Source: Desulfotalea psychrophila LSv54
GTDB lineage: Bacteria; Desulfobacterota; Desulfobulbia; Desulfobulbales; Desulfocapsaceae
Length of the DNA stretch: 32,000 nt
Assembly (NCBI RefSeq): GCF_000025945.1
Contig: NC_006138.1
Location: forward strand, 960,001 to 992,000
Direction of reading: 5' to 3'
This document shows positions 25,846 through 32,000 of this stretch, one piece after another. Position 1 is the stretch's first letter. The number at the start of each line of letters is the position of its first letter. A model generated the notes under the pieces. The model ran no database searches. It worked only from the letters and a program-made list of their open reading frames with translations, and was not told where the DNA came from. The position numbers and the translations under genes were made by a program.

Positions 25846-26241
25846 ATGAGTATGCAGGAAGATTTTAGGGCAGGTTTGAAGGTGGCAATGAAGGCACGGC
25901 AGAAGGACAAGGTGGGCGCGATTCGTATCCTCATCGGTGAATTCCAACGCCAGCCGGAGAAGGAGCTCAGCGATGATCAGGTCATTGCCATTATAAAAAA
26001 ACTTATCAAGTCAGAGCGGGAGTTGCTTGCCGCCGCCGGTGAAGAGAGCTCCGGATTTCTCGTTGAGATGGAGGCCTTCCTGCCCCGTCAGGCCACCGAG
26101 GAAGAGGTGCGTGAGTGGGTCGGGGCAAACATAGATTTCGCAGCCTTTGCTAATAAGATGCAGGCTATGAAGCCGATCATGAATCACTTTGGTAGCAGTG
26201 TTGATGGTAATATGGTTAAGAAGGTGCTTCTGTCACTTTAG
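25846..26241 (+). CDS. GatB/YqeY domain protein
   Basis: DFRAGLKVAMKARQKDKVGAIRILIGEFQ...DDQVIAIIKKLIKSERELL...EMEAFLPRQATEEEV...KPIMNHFGSSVDGNMVKKVL. Confidence 0.9.
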   Translation: MSMQEDFRAGLKVAMKARQKDKVGAIRILIGEFQRQPEKELSDDQVIAIIKKLIKSERELLAAAGEESSGFLVEMEAFLPRQATEEEVREWVGANIDFAAFANKMQAMKPIMNHFGSSVDGNMVKKVLLSL

Positions 26242-26419
26242 GGTGTCTCGCAGTCGGGGCTGAGCTGAGCTTTATCGAAAAGGACAATTTTTACAAACCA
26301 TTCTGTAGAAATTTTTTGACCTGAAGCTGGCTAAGAATTCTCGGGTCTGAGCGCCCTTTCTTTTGGTGGTCTTCCCTTCAGTAAAAAAAAATTAACCATC
26401 ATTTTTGCAAAGTTGTTTT

Positions 26420-27673
26420 ATGTCTGCTTATTTACAATTCATCCGTCATAATATGGCGGGTCTGGGCTTTGGTTTTCTGGCAGTCTTTTTTGGAAACTTC
26501 GGTCAGTCTTTTTTTCTTGCCTGGTTTGGTAGTGATATTCAGCAGACCCTTGGCCTCTCGGCGGGCGATTATGGTTTAGCCTACTCGCTGGCTACCCTCG
26601 GCAGTGCCCTGAGTCTCCTCTGGCTCGGTGGACTGATCGACCGGGTCAGTGTGGCAAAGTATGTTGCTGGCATTACCATCGGTCTTGCTGCGTCTGCCAT
26701 TTTTATGAGTCAGGTGAGTGGGGTTGTTGGCCTGGTCTGTGGCTTTTATGGTCTACGGCTCTGTGGCCAAGGGCTTTTGCCCCATACCGGTCAGACCATT
26801 ATGGTGAAGCATTTTAGTAAGAGTCGGGGTAAGGCCCTGGGTATTGCCATCAGCGGTGTGCCCGTGGGTGAGGTGATCTTGCCTGTTTTTGTGGTTTGGC
26901 TCATATCCCAATACGGTTGGCAGGATTCATGGCTCTTTATCGGCTGTGCAATCCCCCTTCTCTTTCTTCCCGCCGCTCTCACCCTCCTCTCCCGGATGAA
27001 GGCTGTACCGGATGAGAAAAGTAGTGAGGCATCTGCTACGACGCGAGTCCTGGCGGATGAGGAGGAGGTGGTCTCCGTGGGTCGCAGGGAGATGCTTGCC
27101 GATGGTCGATTTTGGTGTCTGCTCCCGGCAATTCTGGCCCCGCCCTATGTTATCACTGGGATTTTTATTCATCAGGGGGCCCTGCTTGAGGCTAAATCCT
27201 GGAGTGCCAGTTGGTTTGCCACCTGTTTTATCTTCTACGGCATTACCCATTGGCTTGGTTCTCTTCTGGCTGGTGGTCTGGTTGATAGATTCAGCGCTAA
27301 ACGTCTGATCTGTTTCTATCTCCTGCCAATGTTGGTGGGATTCACCCTGCTCATGCTCTTTAGTGGCCGTTACATTGCCCCTCTCTTTATGATCTGTCTC
27401 GGTGTCTCCATGGGCGCCAGCGGGCCGATTATCGGTTCCCTCTGGGCGGAACTCTATGGCACCATCTATATGGGTTCGATTCGCTCACTTATTACTGCCA
27501 TTGTCGTCTTTTCCAGTTCTCTTTCTCCTGTCATGTTTGGCTTTTGGCTTGATGGTGGTGGCAGTATGCAGGGTATTATTCGCCTGATCTGTCTGGGCTT
27601 TGTCCTTGCCATCCTCCTTGCCAGTTATGGCTCCTTCCTATCGCTAAAAAAGTCAGGGAACCGCGAAAAGTAG
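26420..27673 (+). CDS. Major facilitator superfamily transporter
   Basis: 12-TM-type hydrophobic pattern; GGLIDRVSVAKY loop 2-3 motif; GFYGLRLCGQGLLPHTGQTIMVKHFSKSRGKALGIAISGVPVGEVILPV; GGLVDRFSAKRLI. Start at 26405 also possible. Confidence 0.9.
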   Translation: MSAYLQFIRHNMAGLGFGFLAVFFGNFGQSFFLAWFGSDIQQTLGLSAGDYGLAYSLATLGSALSLLWLGGLIDRVSVAKYVAGITIGLAASAIFMSQVSGVVGLVCGFYGLRLCGQGLLPHTGQTIMVKHFSKSRGKALGIAISGVPVGEVILPVFVVWLISQYGWQDSWLFIGCAIPLLFLPAALTLLSRMKAVPDEKSSEASATTRVLADEEEVVSVGRREMLADGRFWCLLPAILAPPYVITGIFIHQGALLEAKSWSASWFATCFIFYGITHWLGSLLAGGLVDRFSAKRLICFYLLPMLVGFTLLMLFSGRYIAPLFMICLGVSMGASGPIIGSLWAELYGTIYMGSIRSLITAIVVFSSSLSPVMFGFWLDGGGSMQGIIRLICLGFVLAILLASYGSFLSLKKSGNREK

Positions 27674-27696
27674 TCTTTTTTGCAAATCTTTGCCTT

Positions 27697-27770
27697 GCAT
27701 GAAAAATTTTATCCTCGAAGCTAAGCGTAGACTCCGATATTATTCCGGTCTGTGGTAAAATTTTTCATGC
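27697..27770. other. Long inverted repeat with 15-bp perfect arms upstream of the nitroreductase gene
   Basis: GCATGAAAAATTTTA (27697-27711) and TAAAATTTTTCATGC (27756-27770), separated by 44 nt. Confidence 0.85.
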
Positions 27771-27838
27771 GCCCCTTATTGAAAGATCTGAATTTTTCAA
27801 GATCCTTATCAGTTTAACCCAGTAACGTTGAGGTTCCT

Positions 27839-28369
27839 ATGCAAGAGCTACTCCGAAAACGAAGAAGCACCCGTCTCTTTCAAGATCGTCCCGTCGAGGC
27901 GGAGAAGATCGATCTCCTCATAGAGGCGGCCCTGCGCTCGCCCTCTTCCATGGGCCGGATGCCGTGGCACTTTATTGTGGTAACCGAAGCTGAGACCTTG
28001 ACGGCGCTGGCCGGGGTGAAGTCGCATGGGGCCCGTTTTCTTGGCGGAGCTCCCCTGGCCATTGCCGTGGTTGCCGATCCCGATCTCTGTGATGTTTGGA
28101 TAGAGGACTGCTCCATTGCCAGCCTTATTCTTCACCTTACTGCCACCGAGTTGGGCTTGGGCAGCTGTTGGGCCCAGATCCGTTCCCGCATGGATGAGCA
28201 GTCGGTGGATGCCGAGGAAAATGTTGCCAGGATTCTCGCCCTTCCAGATGGTTTCAGAACCCTTGCCATCATAGGCATAGGCTATGGCGCAGAGGAGAAG
28301 GAGGGACATCCTCAGGATTCGCTCAACTACGACAGGGTACACTCTCAGAGATATGGGGCAGGCCAGTAA
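27839..28369 (+). CDS. Nitroreductase-family protein
   Basis: MQELLRKRRSTRLFQDRPVEAEKIDLLIEAALRSPSSMGRMPWHFIVVTEAETL...ELGLGSCWAQIR. Confidence 0.92.
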   Translation: MQELLRKRRSTRLFQDRPVEAEKIDLLIEAALRSPSSMGRMPWHFIVVTEAETLTALAGVKSHGARFLGGAPLAIAVVADPDLCDVWIEDCSIASLILHLTATELGLGSCWAQIRSRMDEQSVDAEENVARILALPDGFRTLAIIGIGYGAEEKEGHPQDSLNYDRVHSQRYGAGQ

Positions 28370-30681
28370 TGGTGGAGTTGACCGCAGAGCAGAGGCGGAT
28401 CATAGAGCATAAGGGCGGTCATGCCCGGGTTCGGGCCGTTGCCGGTTCGGGTAAGACCACTACCATGGTGGAACGGGTAGCAGTCCTGCTTGCCCGTGGG
28501 GTAGATCCCTCCCATATCATGATCCTGATGTTTAACCGATCGGCGCGTGATGCCTTTGCCGCCTCCCTGAAAAAACGTCTCCGGAAAACGGGGTATCGGG
28601 GCCCGGAGGTGCGAACCTTCCATGCCCTGGGGCTGCGTTTGGTGGAGAGCTTTGTACGTCGGGGCGCCCTGCCGGCCCATCGCCTTGTCACCGAGGAGGG
28701 GCTGCGGGAAAATCTGGCCCGCCGGGTTGGGCAGAGTCTGGTTGGTCAAGGGGAGGCTTGGAGTCTGCGGGACGATCTGGAGGATTTTCTTACCTTTATA
28801 GATCTGGTCAAGGCCAAGCTGGCCTCGCCTGCCCAAGTTGCCCGGGAGATAGGGCTACCGGAAAAATTTGCCAGCTTTATAGAGGGTTATAGTCTCTTTG
28901 AGGATCTTCGTCTCAAGGAGAAGATTCGTTTCTACAGTGAGCTTATCAATGAACCTGTTCTGGCCATGGAGGAGGATGCAGAGCTACGGGCCTGGGTTGA
29001 GAATCGGGTGGAGCATATTATTGTCGATGAGTATCAGGATATCAGCAATTGCCAGCAAGGCCTTCTAAAAATGGTTGCCGGTAGCCGGGCTCAGGTAATG
29101 GTGGTGGGTGATGCCGATCAGTGTATCTATGAGTGGCGCGGGGCTAAGCCGGAGTATATCAGTACCCTCTTTGCCGAGGACTTTCCTGCGCCCCGAGACT
29201 ATACCCTCTCCTTCTCTTTTCGTTATGGTCATCAGCTGTCGCTTGCGGCAAATCATCTGATTGCCCATAATATTGATAAGAGCCGAACTCTCTGTCGTTC
29301 CCATCCACTGAACGTTAACACTCAGATCTTTACTGCTGAGCTGGTGGCGGGCGAGAGGCATCCGCTGGTGGGGATTGTTCGTGACTGGCAGGACTCAGGC
29401 CGATCCCGCGCAGAGATAGCCGTTCTGGTCCGGCTCTACGGCATGTCCGTTCCCGTTGAACTTGCCCTGTTGGAGGCGGGTATCCCCTATCAACTGCAGG
29501 GTGGACGTACTGTTTTTCGCTGCCCGGAAATTCTGGCCCTGATCGGTTATCTCCGCTTCTGTGATGGTAGTATAGTTGAAATTTCTGGTCAAGAGCGTAA
29601 GGCCCTTGTTCAGGAGATGTTGGTTCAGCCTCATTTGGGTCTGAAAAAGGGGCAGATGGAGCATCTGCTTGTCTCTATAACGGCCTCTCCTCTGGCCGCT
29701 CCTGCCCTTATTCTCGGCCTTGTTAACGAAGCCATGCCAGCTTATCAGCGCAAGAGACTGGCGCGTCTGTCCGACTGTTGGCAGTGGCTTGTGGCGGAGC
29801 CCGGGGAGGCACGGGCCGATAAGGTTCTGAAGAGGTTAGTGGCAAGGCTTGATCTCTACGCATTCTACCGTGATTTCGCCAGTCGTCAGGTCAGTGGAGA
29901 GAACCGGATCCAGATCTGCCGTTCTCTCATTGCCTTTGCCGAAGAACGGGCAAGGGGGGTAGCTGACTTTCTTCTTGAATTTGATCGGCTTAAAAAGAGT
30001 GATGGTGCCGGGGCAGATCCCCTCTTGATCACCTCAATTCATCGGGCCAAGGGCTGCGAGTGGCCCCTGGTGATTCTGCCGGGCCTTGAGGAGGGTAGCT
30101 TTCCCTTTCGCCGTCAGCAAAAGGAGTCGCCATCGTTTACGGAGGTGGATGATGAGCGCAGGCTCTTCTATGTGGGGATGACCCGGGCCATTGAGAGGCT
30201 CTATCTTCTGCACCCGAGGGATTTTTTTCTGCAGGAGGCCATGGTCGCTGGTCGTGCCGGTCATTCCCTGGCCGATGATCCTCTTGCAAGTTGCTTTTTA
30301 TACGAGGCAAATTTAGGCATCAGTCGTCGGGTGGGGGAGGCCATCGCTCGTAATGAAGATGTGGGCCATATAGAGGCGGTGGATGCTGATATGGCAAATG
30401 CCTATCTGCAGTTACAGGCGGGGGATCATGGTCAGGTAGTTACCCGACAGCAGGTCAAAAAATTGCCTGTGGCGGCGGTTGCACAACCTGTCACTGGTGG
30501 CCATAGGCGCCTTAGTTCAGCTGAGGTCAGAGAGGGTATGGAGGTGGTTCACGATCGCTTTGGTCGTGGCCAAATATCTGCCGTGATCGACAGGGGACAG
30601 GGAAAGGTACGGGTCGCCTTTGAGGAGGAGGGGGAGATGATCCTGCTTCTCTCCTATGCTAAGCTCTATCTGCGCAGGTAG
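28369..30681 (+). CDS. UvrD/Rep/PcrA-like superfamily 1 ATP-dependent helicase
   Basis: VRAVAGSGKTTTMVERV (motif I), HIIVDEYQDISNCQQ (motif II), VVGDADQCIYEWRGA (III), TSIHRAKGCEWPLVILPGLEEGSFPF (V), ERRLFYVGMTRAIERLYL (VI). Start overlaps the nitroreductase stop (TAATG). Confidence 0.96.
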   Translation: MVELTAEQRRIIEHKGGHARVRAVAGSGKTTTMVERVAVLLARGVDPSHIMILMFNRSARDAFAASLKKRLRKTGYRGPEVRTFHALGLRLVESFVRRGALPAHRLVTEEGLRENLARRVGQSLVGQGEAWSLRDDLEDFLTFIDLVKAKLASPAQVAREIGLPEKFASFIEGYSLFEDLRLKEKIRFYSELINEPVLAMEEDAELRAWVENRVEHIIVDEYQDISNCQQGLLKMVAGSRAQVMVVGDADQCIYEWRGAKPEYISTLFAEDFPAPRDYTLSFSFRYGHQLSLAANHLIAHNIDKSRTLCRSHPLNVNTQIFTAELVAGERHPLVGIVRDWQDSGRSRAEIAVLVRLYGMSVPVELALLEAGIPYQLQGGRTVFRCPEILALIGYLRFCDGSIVEISGQERKALVQEMLVQPHLGLKKGQMEHLLVSITASPLAAPALILGLVNEAMPAYQRKRLARLSDCWQWLVAEPGEARADKVLKRLVARLDLYAFYRDFASRQVSGENRIQICRSLIAFAEERARGVADFLLEFDRLKKSDGAGADPLLITSIHRAKGCEWPLVILPGLEEGSFPFRRQQKESPSFTEVDDERRLFYVGMTRAIERLYLLHPRDFFLQEAMVAGRAGHSLADDPLASCFLYEANLGISRRVGEAIARNEDVGHIEAVDADMANAYLQLQAGDHGQVVTRQQVKKLPVAAVAQPVTGGHRRLSSAEVREGMEVVHDRFGRGQISAVIDRGQGKVRVAFEEEGEMILLLSYAKLYLRR

Positions 30682-30879
30682 TTGGGAGCTTTGTCTACGA
30701 CCTTGGCGCGGCAGAGGAGTTTACTTGTCCTGACCTAATGATTTAACTGTAAAAAAATTTAAGTAAGTCCTGTTCTTATGATAAAATAAATTAATTATTT
30801 ATGACTTAGGGCATGGTAGTGTTTTTTTGTAAAAAAATCATTTTTTGGTGTGAACAAATTCGGATCCATAGGGGCATGT

Positions 30880-32000
30880 ATGAAGAGATATTTTTTTTCT
30901 GTAATTTCTGTGTGCTTCTTGGTGGTATGGGCGATCCCTGCTCTTGCCTCGGATCTTCAGCTAACGCCCGCGGAGCAGTCATGGCTCAGGGCGCATCCGG
31001 ATATTCGATTGGGTGTTGATCCGGATTATGCCCCCTTTGAGAGCATTGAAGGGGGAGTTTATGTTGGTCTTGCTGCAGATTATGTCAGCCTCGTCTCTAA
31101 AAAGCTTGGTCTTTCCCTGGTGCCTGTGCCTGACCTTACCTGGAAAGAGGTTATGGCTCTGGCCGAGCAGGGTGAGCTTGATCTCTTTCCAGCCGTGGTG
31201 CAGACGCCTGAACGTAATGAGCTCTGGCTTTTTGCCAAACCACATATGGCCTATTCAACGGTGATTTTTACCCGTGATGACTACTGGAATGTTTTTGGTT
31301 TGGCTGATTTTGCAGGGAAAAAGGTTGCTGTCGTCCGAGGCTATGCAATTCTTGATTTTATTCGAAGTGCTCATCCTCATCTTGATATTGTTCTGGTCGA
31401 TTCCGTTGATATGGGTTTGCGGCAGTTGGAAGCTGGAAGGGTTAGTGCATTTGTTAATGATATTGCTACAGGTGTCTCTGCCATTCAAAAAATGAATTTG
31501 AAAAATTTAAAAATTGCCGCCTATACCGATTTAAAGGATAAGGGGTTGGGCTTTGCCGTGCGTAAGGATTGGCCTGAATTGGTGGCGATGATAGATAAGG
31601 TCCTTGCCAGTATCACTCCCGAAGAGCATGCTGCCATCCATAATAGATGGATCAAGGTAGAGAGCTTTTCGCCATGGCAACACTGGGCCAGGTGGTTGTT
31701 TATTGGCCTGGCAATGGTGGCTGTTTCTCTTCTCGCATTCACTGGCTGGATCTATCTGCTTCGTAAACAGGTGGCGAGCCGTACGACCAAGTTACAGGCA
31801 AGTGAGGCTTGGACTGTGGCTATTCTTGATACGGCCTCAAATCCGATCATTACAATAGATGAGGATGAAACAGTTCTCTCTTTTAACCTTGGTGCAGAGC
31901 GGAGTTTTGCCTACAGTGCTGAGGAGATCATTGGCCAGAAGGTGAAAATTTTGCTCCCTGATCTCTATGAAAAATATGAGGACGAGTTTGCAACCAGTTT
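30880..32000 (+). CDS. Substrate-binding (SBP_bac_3-like) periplasmic sensor fused to TM and PAS domain; truncated by window end
   Basis: Not in the ORF track because it is open to the edge. Signal peptide MKRYFFSVISVCFLVVWAIPALA, then WLRAHPDIRLGVDPDYAPFESIEGGVYVGLAADYVSLVSKKLGL..., TM WLFIGLAMVAVSLLAFTGWIYLL, PAS start SEAWTVAILDTASNPIITIDEDETVLSFNLGAERSFAYSAEEIIGQKV. Confidence 0.9.
   Translation, partial: MKRYFFSVISVCFLVVWAIPALASDLQLTPAEQSWLRAHPDIRLGVDPDYAPFESIEGGVYVGLAADYVSLVSKKLGLSLVPVPDLTWKEVMALAEQGELDLFPAVVQTPERNELWLFAKPHMAYSTVIFTRDDYWNVFGLADFAGKKVAVVRGYAILDFIRSAHPHLDIVLVDSVDMGLRQLEAGRVSAFVNDIATGVSAIQKMNLKNLKIAAYTDLKDKGLGFAVRKDWPELVAMIDKVLASITPEEHAAIHNRWIKVESFSPWQHWARWLFIGLAMVAVSLLAFTGWIYLLRKQVASRTTKLQASEAWTVAILDTASNPIITIDEDETVLSFNLGAERSFAYSAEEIIGQKVKILLPDLYEKYEDEFATS

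Noticed and set aside
30813-31019. 68-aa ORF MVVFFCKKIIFWCEQIRIHRG...
   Set aside because: Out of frame with the real sensor ORF that begins at 30880 and stays open to the window edge.
1-32000. tRNA, rRNA or tmRNA genes
   Set aside because: No cloverleaf-like segments or rRNA-conserved stretches recognised by eye; a tRNAscan/Infernal run would be needed to exclude them fully.

Overview
This 32 kb window looks chromosomal and resembles a Desulfobulbales/Desulfotalea-like deltaproteobacterium; that taxonomic call is from gene content only. It starts with a truncated SAM-methyltransferase on the minus strand, then the classical rpmH-rnpA-yidD-yidC-jag-mnmE operon, an elbB-like gene, and a complete 768-bp IS1 with a perfect 9-bp target duplication. 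The IS1 proteins match E. coli InsA/InsB as I recall them, so a cloning-host artefact is possible. Next come a moeA-like gene, an M55 D-aminopeptidase, a DUF4405-like membrane protein, a Cache-GGDEF protein and a SnoaL/NTF2-like protein. The best candidate for something new is a lone, AT-rich 1076-aa gene (14956-18186) encoding a calcineurin-like phosphoesterase + STAND/NB-ARC-like NTPase + helical/TPR-like protein. That architecture fits a single-gene NLR-like defence system. The rest of the window holds xsc, a NapH-like ferredoxin, a SIMPL-domain protein, pabA-pabB-pabC, a YqeY-like gene, an MFS transporter, a nitroreductase coupled to a UvrD-like helicase, and the 5' part of a substrate-binding/PAS sensor. 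Nearly every long intergenic gap carries a mosaic of dispersed modules. These include heptanucleotide tandem repeats (CTGATAG/CTGACAG and GATGCTA/GATACGA), AACCACAGAGG/AACCACTG termini and a GCCATTCCGCTCGCCACTCG block. There is also a separate 42-bp minisatellite.
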